Positions 9,999 to 20,430 of a DNA stretch of 64,000 nucleotides are shown here, piece after piece. The DNA is from Candidatus Multivoradales bacterium (GTDB lineage: Bacteria > Acidobacteriota > Thermoanaerobaculia > Multivoradales > J023): contig CBDFLE010000006.1 of NCBI GenBank assembly GCA_965248925.1, positions 4,224,001 to 4,288,000 of the forward strand, in the 5' to 3' direction. The notes under the pieces were generated by a model. The model was not told the DNA's origin. It worked only from the letters and a program-made list of their open reading frames with translations, and did no database searches. Numbering within the stretch: position 1 is the first letter of the stretch; the number at the start of each line of letters is the position of its first letter. Both the position numbers and the translations under genes were made by a program.

Positions 9999-11093
9999 AT
10001 GACCGAGGTCACTGCTCTCAAGAAACACTCCTGCGCCGCCTGTGGGGCGCAGGCGGTGTGGAGTCCGTCGAAGTCCGCCCTGGTGTGCTCCTACTGCGGC
10101 ACCGAGGCCCCCGGCGAACTCGACCAAGACAGCGGCAATATCCGCGAGATACCGCTGGTCCAAACCCTGCGTCAGCTTCCCGATGAGTTGCGCGGTTGGC
10201 AGACGGAGAAACGCACCGTCCGCTGCCGCAGCTGTCAGGCGACCTCGGTCTTCGACCCCGATCGGGTAGGACAGCAATGCGATTTCTGCGGCTCACCCGA
10301 ATTGGTCGACTACGACGAGATCAAAGCGCCGATCAGGCCGCAGAGCCTGCTGCCGTTCAAATTCGACCAAGCTCGGGTTCGCGAATCCCTACGTCGCTGG
10401 TATGCCTCCAAGTGGTTCGCCCCCGGCAAGCTCAAGAAGAGCGCCTTAGTCGATACCGTCCACGGCGTCTACCTGCCGTATTGGACCTTCGATTCGCAAG
10501 TTCACTGCCGCTGGTGGGCCGACTCGGGCACCTATTACTACGTGCAAGAAAGTTATCGCGACAAAGATGGCAAGCGGCGCAGTCGGTCGGTGCGCAAGGT
10601 GCGTTGGCGGCCAGCCGCGGGCGAGATCGATCACTTTTTCGACGACGAGCCGATCCCCGGCAGCCAAGGGGTCGAACTCGGTCTATTGCGAGCCGTCGAG
10701 CCCTTTCCCACCAACGACCTGGTGCCCTATGACACCGCCTACCTGTCGGGTTTCGTAGTCGAGCACTACAAGGTAGTTCTGTTCGATGCCGCCCAATCCG
10801 CCGAGCAGGCGATGGCGGGCAAGCTGCGCTCCCTCTGTGGCCGCCAAGTTCCCGGCGATACCCACCGCAATCTGCGCATCGACCCCAAGCATAGCGAGCA
10901 GACGTTCAAGCACATCCTGGTGCCGGCTTGGCTCTTGACCTACGATTACCACGGCAAAGCCTACAAAATGGTGGTCAACGGTTACACGGGCAAGATTGCC
11001 GGCCGTTATCCGAAGAGTCCGTGGAAAATCCTCTTCGTGGTGCTGCTGGCGTTGTTGGTGATAGTGATGTTTGTTGTTTTTGCTGGCCGCTAG
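9999..11093 (+). CDS. Zinc-ribbon membrane protein, usual SPFH operon partner
   Basis: Four CxxC pairs (CAAC, CSYC, CRSC, CDFC), GVYLPYWTFD, VNGYTGKIAG, C-terminal TM helix. Confidence 0.8.
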   Translation: MTEVTALKKHSCAACGAQAVWSPSKSALVCSYCGTEAPGELDQDSGNIREIPLVQTLRQLPDELRGWQTEKRTVRCRSCQATSVFDPDRVGQQCDFCGSPELVDYDEIKAPIRPQSLLPFKFDQARVRESLRRWYASKWFAPGKLKKSALVDTVHGVYLPYWTFDSQVHCRWWADSGTYYYVQESYRDKDGKRRSRSVRKVRWRPAAGEIDHFFDDEPIPGSQGVELGLLRAVEPFPTNDLVPYDTAYLSGFVVEHYKVVLFDAAQSAEQAMAGKLRSLCGRQVPGDTHRNLRIDPKHSEQTFKHILVPAWLLTYDYHGKAYKMVVNGYTGKIAGRYPKSPWKILFVVLLALLVIVMFVVFAGR

Positions 11094-11175
11094 AGAGAAG
11101 CGCCTGCGGTGGCGGATCATGGCGCTTAGCTTCAGATAGCGGCCGACCCCAGGCCGGCCGCTGCGCGAAGTAGGT

Positions 11176-11577
11176 CTAGCGGTAGACTCGGGAGCACCTC
11201 TGGGTGGCCATTCCTGAGCAATTCTGGAAATTCACTATTTCGAGATTTCTAATGGGAAGGCGGTAAGTCTGGACTCTCTGGCATTGCCCGCCGCCAGGGT
11301 TGATGGTGTATTCCCAGAAGTAACCGCGGCTGGGGTCGTAGGCGAGGGTGGACTTCTTTGTGTCGGCGCGCTTACCCCGTTCCTTGATAATGCTGGTGCC
11401 GCGGCGCAGCACGCCCTGGTCGGCGTGGGCGAACTTGACCCACTCCCAGTCGCCGCCTGAGCAGAAGTATTTGACATTAGCCGGTGCCGGTGGGGTGTTG
11501 GCGGCGAAGGCGGCGAGAGTGCCGCCGAGGGCAAGTAGGAGGGCCAGGGTGAGGGTCAGAGTCAGCTTCTGGGTCAT
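11176..11577 (-). CDS. Hypothetical secreted protein (4 Cys)
   Basis: AAGGAG RBS and clear signal peptide. No family recognised. Confidence 0.75.
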   Translation of the reverse strand: MTQKLTLTLTLALLLALGGTLAAFAANTPPAPANVKYFCSGGDWEWVKFAHADQGVLRRGTSIIKERGKRADTKKSTLAYDPSRGYFWEYTINPGGGQCQRVQTYRLPIRNLEIVNFQNCSGMATQRCSRVYR

Positions 11578-12181
11578 GAGATCGCTCCTTCGAAAATTGG
11601 CTTAGGCACTGAGTAGTACCTTTCCTTGGGTTTCGGAAGTCTCAAATCCAAGCCGCTGCTGAATGTTTAGGATCTCTTGTGATCGACAGGTCTTATCTGA
11701 TCATTGGCGAGATCGACTTGTCGACGACCCGCGATCAGGGTCATAGGTGTTTGTCGCGGCTAAACCTTGGTTATGGATTGACATTGGCGCGAAGATCCCA
11801 TCCAGACCTGTGTTTGAAGTTCGTTGGTTTTCGGGCGTCCTTGGCAGCACGCTCGACCGCTTCACGCACCGCCAAGTGGATGGCTTGAGTCTCTGGTGGG
11901 ATCCGGCGCAGCCGCATGAATCTGGCGAGGTCTGTCGAATTGGGGATGGAGGTGGAACTTGAGCAGTGCCATAGCCAGACCGTATACCGGGAGGGGCTTG
12001 GCGCCTTCGTTTCCAGCGACGCAGCACCGAGGCTAGGGTCTCTCTTCTGGGACTACCTCGAAGTTGGGTTATATTGGGCGAGAGATGCAGCTCGATCCAG
12101 GTCGAATCGTTCGACGAAGACCTGCCTCGGGGGGGGCTGGGAAGGGCACAACACCACCACTTCTCTTTGGGGGAAAACACC

Positions 12182-12955
12182 ATGCTGGGGACCGCATCGC
12201 TTGTTGCGCTTTCGTTCCGCCGCCGGCAATTGCCGGTATTGACGATTTTCTTCCTGCTGCTGGGCTGCGCTTGGCCGCTGTTGGCCGGTAGCACCCAGGT
12301 TGACGAGGCCAACACCGACTGGGGCTTTCTGCCCGAGGGCGGCACGCCGACCTTTGCCTTCGCCGCCGGTCCGGCGACACCGCCGCTGGGTGGTGGGAGC
12401 GTCGGTTTCCAACTCACCAGCACCTCGGACAGTGTTTTGATCGGCACCCTGCTGCACGCGGGCCAGCGCCTCGCCGAGATCACCACCCTCGAGTACAGCA
12501 CCTACCAGAACGTTACGCCGCAAGCCATCGCCCTGCAATTCAATGTCGACTACGACGACCAGGACGGCACGACCAGCTGGCAGGGGAGGCTGGTCTATGA
12601 GCCTTATTACACCGAGACAGTTTTGGTGTCGACCTGGCAGACTTGGAATACGCTAGTGGCGGCTGGCACCGGCAATTGGTGGTCTTCGGGCACCCCGGTG
12701 GTCGGCGACGCGGCCGCTTCCCAAGCCTGCACCCAAGGCAATCCCTGCACCTGGCCGGAGATGATTGCTGCTTACCCCGATATAGCAGTGCATGGAGGTA
12801 TGCTGGGCGGCATGCTGCTCAAGGCCGGCTCAGGCTGGGCCGCGGGCTTCGATGGCTATGCCGATGCTTTGCACATTGCCACTGGGACTTTTGACGAAAC
12901 CTACGATTTCGAGACCAACTTGCCGGTGGAGCTACTCAGCTTCTCGGTGGACTAG
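12182..12955 (+). CDS. Hypothetical secreted protein ending in LPVELLSFSVD
   Basis: Signal peptide (AWPLLA-G), beta-rich body (RLVYEPY, WQTW), terminal PVEL motif. Confidence 0.75.
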   Translation: MLGTASLVALSFRRRQLPVLTIFFLLLGCAWPLLAGSTQVDEANTDWGFLPEGGTPTFAFAAGPATPPLGGGSVGFQLTSTSDSVLIGTLLHAGQRLAEITTLEYSTYQNVTPQAIALQFNVDYDDQDGTTSWQGRLVYEPYYTETVLVSTWQTWNTLVAAGTGNWWSSGTPVVGDAAASQACTQGNPCTWPEMIAAYPDIAVHGGMLGGMLLKAGSGWAAGFDGYADALHIATGTFDETYDFETNLPVELLSFSVD

Positions 12956-13050
12956 CAGCGCCCCGAGGCTCTCGCGGTGCTGCCGCTGCTGGCTCGGTAA
13001 TGTCGAGTCCCTGGCGGTGGTGTTGCTGGCGGCTTGTTAGGCGCTCTGTT

Positions 13051-13614
13051 TCAGGCTCGGCTGTCCCAGAGAATATCGCCGCTGCCACGGTGGAGATTTT
13101 CCCAGCGGGCCATCACGAAGAGGGCGTCGGAGAGGCGGTTAAGGTAGTGAACGGTGAACTCTCCCACCGCCTCTTGCCGCGCCAAGCTGACCAAACGACG
13201 CTCGGCTCGGCGGCAGATGGTGCGGCCGAGGTGCAGCTGAGCGGCTCCCAGGCTGCCCCCTGGAAGGATGAAGTTGGCCAGGGGTTCTAGTTGCTCGGCG
13301 AGCTGGTCCATCAGCTGCTCGAGGGCTGCGACGTGGCGCGATTCGATCTGCGGCGTCGGCAAGCGAGCCTTGTCCTCTTGCAGAATGCACAGGTCGGATC
13401 CGAGGTGAAAAAGGTCGTTTTGGATCCCTTGCATGGGCTCGATCAGACTCTCTTCGAGTCCTACAGCGAGGGCCACTCCCAATTGTGAACTCAGCTCGTC
13501 AACGGTGCCGTAGGCCCGAACCCGCAAGGCGTCTTTGGCGATTCTCTGGCCACCGCCGAGGCCGGTGGTGCCGTCGTCGCCGGTGCGGGTGTAGACCTTC
13601 GTGATACGCGGCAT
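13051..13614 (-). CDS. pduO: Cob(I)alamin adenosyltransferase, PduO type
   Basis: [45 protein letters not shown]. Confidence 0.93.
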   Translation of the reverse strand: MPRITKVYTRTGDDGTTGLGGGQRIAKDALRVRAYGTVDELSSQLGVALAVGLEESLIEPMQGIQNDLFHLGSDLCILQEDKARLPTPQIESRHVAALEQLMDQLAEQLEPLANFILPGGSLGAAQLHLGRTICRRAERRLVSLARQEAVGEFTVHYLNRLSDALFVMARWENLHRGSGDILWDSRA

Positions 13615-13827
13615 GGATAGGTTCCTCGACGATTCACTCTTCAGCAGTTTGTAGAGACCGGCCCGTTGGAGTTCTTCCGCGGTTCTTTGCAGGCGCTGCA
13701 GGACGATTAGGCGCTCTTCGGGAGTCTTCTTCAAGTTCTCGCGGATCAAAGAAAGGTCTACATCTTTGCGATATAGATCGATGATGTCGTCGATCGAGCT
13801 ACGGGTCGTTGGGTCTTGGATAGACAT
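13615..13827 (-). CDS. Small antitoxin-like ORF reading in frame into pduO
   Basis: [33 protein letters not shown] resembles the small partners of nucleotidyltransferase toxins. No stop codon before the pduO ATG. Confidence 0.55.
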
Positions 13828-13889
13828 CTCGATACCATTCGAGCGGACCCACAAGACCCGTGTTGCACTGTTGGCAAGTGGCGACCGAT

Positions 13890-16511
13890 TCAACTGCCGG
13901 GGTCGGCGGCGAAGGCGGTGGTGTCGGCGGCGCCACAAGTATCCTCCGGCGAGCGCTCGTAGGTGCGCCGGTCACCGGTGACCGTATCGGTCACTGTCAA
14001 GCGGTAGCCGAGGGTCGAAAGACTATCCCAGAAGAGCCAGAAATGACCGTTGTTGGTCCGCCCGTCGATCATTTTCACCACCAGCTCGGGGAAATCGAGG
14101 CGGAAGTACCAGAAGTAGCCGGCAGCCGGCTCTAGCCGCACAGCTCGCCCGGCCCCGCTGCTGTTGCCGGCGAATTGATTGGTGTACTCGACCCGAATTG
14201 CGAATCGACCGTCGAGCAAGCAGAGCGTGCCAGTGGCGCTGACGCAGCTGCCAGCAGTCGATTTGTCCGTTGTGGCAGTGGGCAGGTGGGGCTCGACGAT
14301 CAGGGCCGAGAGATCGACCACTGCCTTGCCGAGTATGGCCTGAGCTGGTGCGGCGGCCGGGAAGGCGGCAGTGTCTGTGACCCCACAGGTGCTGCCAGCC
14401 GGGCTGAGGTAGGTCCGTTCCAGCCCAGTTGCGGTGTCGCGCAGGGTCAGAGTGGTTGCGATATCGGTGAGACCGCCGGTGAACACCCAGAAGTGATCGT
14501 TGAACGAACGACCGTCGGCCACCCGCACGGTGAGGTCGGGAAGCTGCCGATCGAAGAGCCAGAAATTGCCGGTGGGGTCACTGTCGGGCGTGGCATGGCC
14601 GCGGCCGCGGGTATTGCCAGAATGCTGATTAGTGTACTCCAGGCTGGCCTCGAAGCGACCGCCGGAGAGGCAGAGGTGGTGCTCGTCGACCCTGCACTCA
14701 GCGTTGCTGGCGAAGGTGGTAGCGGCCGCCTCCTTGCTGCTCGGTGAGCCGCCAAAGGCGTTGGCCGCGCGCACTCTGAAGGTGTAGGTGGTCAGTGGGT
14801 CGAGGCCGCTGATGTCGACCACTTCGGTTTGTGGCGGTAGTAAGGCGGGGATCTCTACCCACGGGCCGGTAATTCGTACTTCGAGGCGGAAGCCATTCTC
14901 GTCCCCAGAGTTGTCTTGCCAGCGCAAGCGTAGGCGGCGATCTGACAAGGGCGCCAAGCGCAGGTTGTTGGGTGCCGCGGGTCGCTGATCCGCAGGCGTG
15001 GTGACCCTCGCGGTGGTCGAATATCCTGACGCGCCGCTGGCATTCTGGGCCACCACACGATACGTGTATTGGGTGGCGGCTTGGCGGTCGCTGTCGGTGA
15101 AAGAGCCTTGCCCAGCGCCAGTGGTACCGATGGTGCGAAAGCTTCCTTTGGAGCGGCGTTCGATGCGGAAGTTGCTCTCTGAGGAAGAACGATCTCGCCA
15201 GTTTAGCTGCACCGTGTTAGGCCCGGTCGCCTTGGCCCTCAAGTCGCTGGGGCGCTTGGGGCGAGGCGTGCTGGAGGTGGGGTCGCCGTACAGGTAGTAG
15301 AGTCCGGCCAAGTCGTCGACCGTGAAGGCGGCGCCGCGACCGTCGTCGTGCAGATTGGCGTACATCAACGCGTCTTCGACCGCTGGATGGCCCAAGCCCA
15401 GGGTGTGGCCAACCTCGTGGCCGAGCAGTTCCGCGATGGCCCGCGATGGCCTGCGACTGATCCTGACCAAGAGGTCGAGACCGTCTTGAAGAATGATGTC
15501 GGCCTCGATCGCCGGATGAAAGAGACGGTTGCGAAACGGTCGCGGTATGCAGGAGAACCAGGGGCCGCCGAGGGCTAGCACGCCGGTGCCGTCGAAGGTC
15601 CCCGGCAGGGTACCGTTGGGATCACCGAACAACACAGTGTTGAAGCCGTCCGGGCCAAGGAAGCCGCCGCTAGCGCCGACGGTGCCGCCATAGAAATAGC
15701 TCACCGTGGAGTTCGGGTCGCTCGACCAGGTGCGCAACGCTCGCCGCAACTCGTCGATACCGCCAGCTTCGAAGCCGGCGAGGTTGCGGCTTGAGCTATA
15801 CCAAGTCTCGCTCTGTTCGCCGAAGCCGAACCACCGCACCTCGTGACCGCCATTGGCGCCGCAACCCACGGGCAACGGCTCGGTGCTACTGCGGATAGTG
15901 GCGAACTTCGCTGTTACCGGCACGGCCGTCTCTGGCATGAGGTAGTCCGGCGGTTGCAAGTGCCCGTGGCTGAGTTGGCTGAGCCAAGCGATAAAGCGGG
16001 CCGCGTGGCGGGGGCCATCGGCGACTTTCTTGGCGCCGTCCGGTGTCCACTCCCGTGCCGCGCCGAGGTCACGCAGAGCGACCTTGCCGGCGTTGCCGAC
16101 CACCAAGCGAAAAGCGCCGAGCATCAGCTGCTGCGGCATGTAGACACCACCCGGCTGGCGGTGCAAGAAGAACAGCACTTCCTCACCGCGGCTAAAGCTC
16201 GGCATGCCGAAGATCTTCAACCCCAGACCATCAGCGCGGACTCCGCCCGGCAGCCGCACTCGCAGGCGGTCGCCTTTGGCAACCGCGGCTCCCTTGATCA
16301 CCCGGTCGACATCCAGACGGTAGTCCACCGCCGGCAGCCCACCGAGCTCAGCCGGCAGGATATCGACGATCCGTCCACTGACGATCAGCGGTGACTGCTG
16401 GGCGAGTGCCGCGTCGCTAAGGCGAATGAAGGTGGTGGCTTGTGCCCCGCCGCTGGGCCAAAATATGGCCAAACACATAAGGACGGCGAAAGTGGGCGTG
16501 GATGGTTTCAT
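13890..16511 (-). CDS. Secreted matrixin (M10/metzincin) metalloprotease with two FN3 domains and two C-terminal repeats
   Basis: Signal peptide; [11 protein letters not shown] followed by the ALM Met-turn; two FN3 domains (W.D.S..E..F.IE); two copies of LCL..GRF...FW.F...EL.VK..DGR..N.HFW.F. Confidence 0.88.
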   Translation of the reverse strand: MKPSTPTFAVLMCLAIFWPSGGAQATTFIRLSDAALAQQSPLIVSGRIVDILPAELGGLPAVDYRLDVDRVIKGAAVAKGDRLRVRLPGGVRADGLGLKIFGMPSFSRGEEVLFFLHRQPGGVYMPQQLMLGAFRLVVGNAGKVALRDLGAAREWTPDGAKKVADGPRHAARFIAWLSQLSHGHLQPPDYLMPETAVPVTAKFATIRSSTEPLPVGCGANGGHEVRWFGFGEQSETWYSSSRNLAGFEAGGIDELRRALRTWSSDPNSTVSYFYGGTVGASGGFLGPDGFNTVLFGDPNGTLPGTFDGTGVLALGGPWFSCIPRPFRNRLFHPAIEADIILQDGLDLLVRISRRPSRAIAELLGHEVGHTLGLGHPAVEDALMYANLHDDGRGAAFTVDDLAGLYYLYGDPTSSTPRPKRPSDLRAKATGPNTVQLNWRDRSSSESNFRIERRSKGSFRTIGTTGAGQGSFTDSDRQAATQYTYRVVAQNASGASGYSTTARVTTPADQRPAAPNNLRLAPLSDRRLRLRWQDNSGDENGFRLEVRITGPWVEIPALLPPQTEVVDISGLDPLTTYTFRVRAANAFGGSPSSKEAAATTFASNAECRVDEHHLCLSGGRFEASLEYTNQHSGNTRGRGHATPDSDPTGNFWLFDRQLPDLTVRVADGRSFNDHFWVFTGGLTDIATTLTLRDTATGLERTYLSPAGSTCGVTDTAAFPAAAPAQAILGKAVVDLSALIVEPHLPTATTDKSTAGSCVSATGTLCLLDGRFAIRVEYTNQFAGNSSGAGRAVRLEPAAGYFWYFRLDFPELVVKMIDGRTNNGHFWLFWDSLSTLGYRLTVTDTVTGDRRTYERSPEDTCGAADTTAFAADPGS

Positions 16512-16663
16512 GGGTAAATATGGCTGGTGCTGAGGGCCTTCATTCGTTGGCAGCCGGTGAATGTTCCCATAGCATAACAGGTAAAGCAGAAGATCTCTCG
16601 CGGCAGTTCCTTTGCTTGTTCTTGCGGCCCTCTCGTTTGGCTGGGCCAGACCCTGTGGCACGA

Positions 16664-17848
16664 TCAGTAGCGGCTGGGTGGCGGAACTCGTCGTCGCACC
16701 GGCTCGCCGGCCACCGCGGTGCGGTTGCGGCCAGTCTCCTTGGCGACGTACATGGCGGTGTCGGCGAGTCGCACCAGGTTGCTCTTGGCCGCCTCTACGG
16801 ACAGTCCGGGCTCGACGTGGCGTCCCAAGGTGGCAACCCCCACCGAGCAGCTGATGCCGGTCAAGTGCAAGGCTTCGGGCTGGATGTCGCCGGGTTGCTC
16901 GCAGAAGGTGGTTTCGACGATGGTCTGGCGAATCTCCTCGGCTAGATCGAGGGCTCGGTTGAGACTGTAGTGAGGCGCCACGAGCACGAATTCATCGCCG
17001 CCATAGCGGGCCACGGTGGCTCTGTCATCGTCGAGCTGGGAACCGAGTAAAGCTCCTACCTCGCGCAGCACTTGGCTGCCGGCCAAATGGCCGTGGGTGT
17101 CGTTGACTCGTTTGAAGAAGTCAAGATCGAGGAAAAGCACTGCCAGATCGTGGTTTTCCTCCAGTGCTTGACTCACCGAACGGGACAGGGCGAGATGCAG
17201 ATGATGGTCGTTGTACAGGCCGGTCAAGTTGTCCCGCCGCGCCAGCTCTTGGGCGCGGCGGGCGTCGAGAATGTTTTGGATCGAAACCGAGATGTAGCCG
17301 GCGAAGATCTGCAACAAGTTGCGGTCTTGGGGGGTGTAGTCGTCTGAGCCGTGGCGGTTGATCAGCTCCAGCACGCCACACACATTCTGCGCGATCCGCA
17401 CCGGCACCGCCACCAGCGAGCGGGTGCTGTAGGCGGTGATGTTGTCCATCTTGGGGAAGAAGAATTGGTCGCTGGCGACGTTCGACGAGTAGTAGGGCTC
17501 GCCGGTTTGGTAAACGTGGCCGGCAATTCCGCGCTGGGCCGGAATAGCATGGCCGATCAGGGTTTCGGACTTGTCGCCAAATGCGGCCAGGAAAGTGAGC
17601 TGATTGGCGCTGCGCTCGATCTTTTTGTGCAATGGGTTGTCGAGCAAGATCGAGCCGGCGGCCGAGGGAACAAACTCGTTGGCTTTGCGCAGCATGGCTT
17701 CGAGGTTGCCCGCCAGGTCGGTCTCAGAACTCACCGGCAAGCCATGCCGGCGGCGCTCGAGGAAGATCTCCATCGCGGCAGGCTCCAAGCAGTGGATCTT
17801 GATCCGCTGATCGACCTTGGTGGTCGGGCTGTTGGGCTCGTCTGCCAT
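16664..17848 (-). CDS. GAF-sensor diguanylate cyclase
   Basis: GAF domain (GIAGHVYQTGEP, TRSLVAVP, GVLELIN), then DNLTGLYN, DLDFFKRVNDTHGH and an intact RYGGDEF. Confidence 0.93.
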   Translation of the reverse strand: MADEPNSPTTKVDQRIKIHCLEPAAMEIFLERRRHGLPVSSETDLAGNLEAMLRKANEFVPSAAGSILLDNPLHKKIERSANQLTFLAAFGDKSETLIGHAIPAQRGIAGHVYQTGEPYYSSNVASDQFFFPKMDNITAYSTRSLVAVPVRIAQNVCGVLELINRHGSDDYTPQDRNLLQIFAGYISVSIQNILDARRAQELARRDNLTGLYNDHHLHLALSRSVSQALEENHDLAVLFLDLDFFKRVNDTHGHLAGSQVLREVGALLGSQLDDDRATVARYGGDEFVLVAPHYSLNRALDLAEEIRQTIVETTFCEQPGDIQPEALHLTGISCSVGVATLGRHVEPGLSVEAAKSNLVRLADTAMYVAKETGRNRTAVAGEPVRRRVPPPSRY

Positions 17849-18098
17849 CGGCCTAAAATATCAGAAACCGCCGCATCAACGAAAAGCGGTGTCGAGTTGC
17901 CCCCAGAGTGGGCTCAGCTGGGTCGCCGACCAGGTGCTCCTGTAGCGGATTCGAAGCCGTCTTCGAAGAGTGCGCCGAGGGTGGATACGCGGATCGTGGA
18001 GATGAAGCCGTCCCTCCATCCGCCCACTGGCGATGCCGGCGCGGTATCCTGCCCGCTGTCCCCGGCAAGGGCCGACCCACCGTCCAGCGGAGTCCAAG

Positions 18099-20069
18099 AT
18101 GCAAAGCCTGTGGAACGACCAAGATGCGCTCGAATTTGCCGCCGACCCGTTGGCCCTGCGGGTCTACACCTCGCGCCTGCTCGGCCGGGAGCCGAAGCTG
18201 GTGTTGCACGGCGGCGGCAACACCTCGGTCAAGGCGACGGTAGCCAATCTGTTCGGCGACGAAGAACGCATTCTGTACGTCAAGGGCAGTGGCTGGGATC
18301 TGGAGACCATCGCCGCGCCTGGTTTCGCGCCGGTGCGGCTCGAAGTGTTACGGCGGATGGCCGAGCTGGAGCATTTGAGCGATGCCGAGATGGTTAAGAA
18401 CCAGCGCGCCGCGATGCTTGATCCTTACGCCCCCAACCCATCGGTCGAAGCGATTTTGCACGCCGTCATCCCCTTCGACTTCGTCGACCACAGCCACGCC
18501 GATGCGGTGGTTACGCTGACCAATTCGCCGGCTGGTGAAGAGCTGGTGCGCGAACTCTATGGGCCGCGGATGATGATCGTGCCCTACGTGATGCCTGGCT
18601 TCATTCTCGCCAAGGAAATCTGGCGGATGACCCGTGAGGTCGATTGGCAGAGTCTCGATGGGATGATCTTGATGAATCACGGTGTCTTCACTTTCCACGA
18701 CGACGCTCGCACCAGCTACGAGAAGATGGTGGAGATTGCCGATCGAGCTGAGCGCTACTTGGCCGAGCATGCACCGTTGCCGGAACGAGGGGCGGAGGAG
18801 TCAGAGGTCGATCTGCTGCAGCTGGCACGGATCCGTCGGGCGGTGGCCAAGGCGCGGGGCAGCGCGGTGTTGGCCGAGCTTGACGACGCACCGGGATCGC
18901 GGGCTTTCTCCGCTCGTTCCGAGGTTGCCGAGCTGGCCGGCCGCGGCCCCCTGACCCCCGACCATGTGATCCGCACCAAGCGCGCGGCGGCAATCTTTGA
19001 TACTGACCCCGAGCAGTGCCTGGAGCATTTTGCCGCCGACTATCAGCAGTACTTCGCTGCCCATGACGACGGCAGCTTGACCTGTCTCGACCTGGCGCCA
19101 CGTTGGGCGGTGTGGCCTGGACACGGCACTCTGGCCTTTGGGCGCACCCTGCGAGAGACGGGGATCATCAGCGATATCAAGGCGCACACCCTGGAGGCGA
19201 TCGAACGGGCCGAGTTGCTCGGTGGCTGGACAGCGTTGCCGCAGCGAGACATCTTCGAGATGGAGTATTGGGAACTCGAGCAGGCCAAGTTGCAGAAGGC
19301 CGGAACGGCTCCGCCGCTGCAGGGCAAGGTGGCGTTGGTCAGCGGTGCTGCCAGTGGTATCGGCCGGGCTGCGGTCGAGGCGCTGGGTGCTGCCGGGGCA
19401 GTGGTCGCAGCGCTCGATATCGAACCCGCTATTGTCGAGATGTTCAAGGCGCCAGAAGTCTTGGGCTTGGAGTGTGACGTCACTGACGAGGCGCAGCTGC
19501 GGCGAGCGGTCGAGGCGACGGTGCGGCGCTTCGGCGGTCTCGATACTCTGGTGCTCAACGCCGGCATCTTTCCGCCGAGCGCCAAGATCTCCGATATCGA
19601 CCCGGCGGTCTGGCAGCGCTGTCTGGAGATCAACCTGACCAGCCAGCAGCGACTGATGCAACTGGCCATTCCCTTTTTGCAAGTTGGGCTCGATCCGTCG
19701 ATCATCGTTGTCGCGTCGAAGAACGTACCGGCGCCGGGACTTGGGGCGGCGGCCTACTCGGTGGCCAAGGCTGGGGTGACTCAACTGGCGCGGGTAGCCG
19801 CTCTGGAGCTGGCGCCGAGTGGGGTGCGGGTCAATCTGCTGCATCCCAACGGGGTCTTCGACACTCGTATTTGGAGTCCCGAAGTACTGGCCCAGCGCGC
19901 TGCTCACTACGGCCTCGGCGTCGAGGAGTACAAGCGCAACAACCTGCTCGGGGTCGAAGTTACTTCGCGCGATGTGGCCGAGCTGGTAGTGGTGTTGGCT
20001 GGTCCACTTTTCGCCAAGACCACCGGTGCCCAGCTGCCGGTGGATGGTGGCAACGAAAGGGTGGTGTGA
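18099..20069 (+). CDS. Bifunctional class II aldolase / short-chain dehydrogenase (rhamnulose-1-phosphate aldolase-SDR type)
   Basis: LVLHGGGNTSVK, PSVEAILH, DHSHAD, NHG, EYWELEQAKL. SDR motifs SGAASGIG and YSVAK. Confidence 0.92.
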   Translation: MQSLWNDQDALEFAADPLALRVYTSRLLGREPKLVLHGGGNTSVKATVANLFGDEERILYVKGSGWDLETIAAPGFAPVRLEVLRRMAELEHLSDAEMVKNQRAAMLDPYAPNPSVEAILHAVIPFDFVDHSHADAVVTLTNSPAGEELVRELYGPRMMIVPYVMPGFILAKEIWRMTREVDWQSLDGMILMNHGVFTFHDDARTSYEKMVEIADRAERYLAEHAPLPERGAEESEVDLLQLARIRRAVAKARGSAVLAELDDAPGSRAFSARSEVAELAGRGPLTPDHVIRTKRAAAIFDTDPEQCLEHFAADYQQYFAAHDDGSLTCLDLAPRWAVWPGHGTLAFGRTLRETGIISDIKAHTLEAIERAELLGGWTALPQRDIFEMEYWELEQAKLQKAGTAPPLQGKVALVSGAASGIGRAAVEALGAAGAVVAALDIEPAIVEMFKAPEVLGLECDVTDEAQLRRAVEATVRRFGGLDTLVLNAGIFPPSAKISDIDPAVWQRCLEINLTSQQRLMQLAIPFLQVGLDPSIIVVASKNVPAPGLGAAAYSVAKAGVTQLARVAALELAPSGVRVNLLHPNGVFDTRIWSPEVLAQRAAHYGLGVEEYKRNNLLGVEVTSRDVAELVVVLAGPLFAKTTGAQLPVDGGNERVV

Positions 20070-20077
20070 GGTAGGTC

Positions 20078-20156
20078 TCACTGCTGCTCGATTCTCAGCA
20101 CCCGATCCACCTCCCCGCCCTCGATCTCGGCGCTGGTGCCATCCGGCCAAGTGACG
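20078..20156 (-). pseudogene. Orphan diverged copy of the 3' end of the CRTAC1 gene at 21839
   Basis: Encodes VTWPDGTSAEIEGGEVDRVLRIEQQ*, versus VTWPDGASTEVEGGTVDRVLRLEQD* at 21839-21917. 63/79 nt identical by manual alignment. Confidence 0.85.
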
Positions 20157-20430
20157 ATTTGGCTTCGAACTGCCACTCGCCCCTCTGTGACCTCATTGCC
20201 CGGAAAGTTGACGACTCGTCCCAAAGATTGGGGGAATCTCGTGGATCCCTCGCGTTTATGAGTGGCTCTCCACCTCTTCGGAGGTCGCAGTCAGCTGAAC
20301 TCCTAGCAATGTTGCTGACTTGCATGCCGCAGACTCTTGGTCGCTAGTAGCTTGGCGGGCCCGGAGAGAAGTACTGACGACCACGCATGAAGCAAGAACC
20401 CACAACGTTTCTCAACAGGAGTCAAAGTCG

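Noticed and set aside
11578-12180. 600-bp intergenic region as a possible ncRNA or array
   Set aside because: No repeats, strong hairpins or recognisable RNA motif found by eye; the short ORFs lack support.
18801-20150. 449-aa minus-strand ORF
   Set aside because: Antisense shadow of the aldolase/SDR gene.
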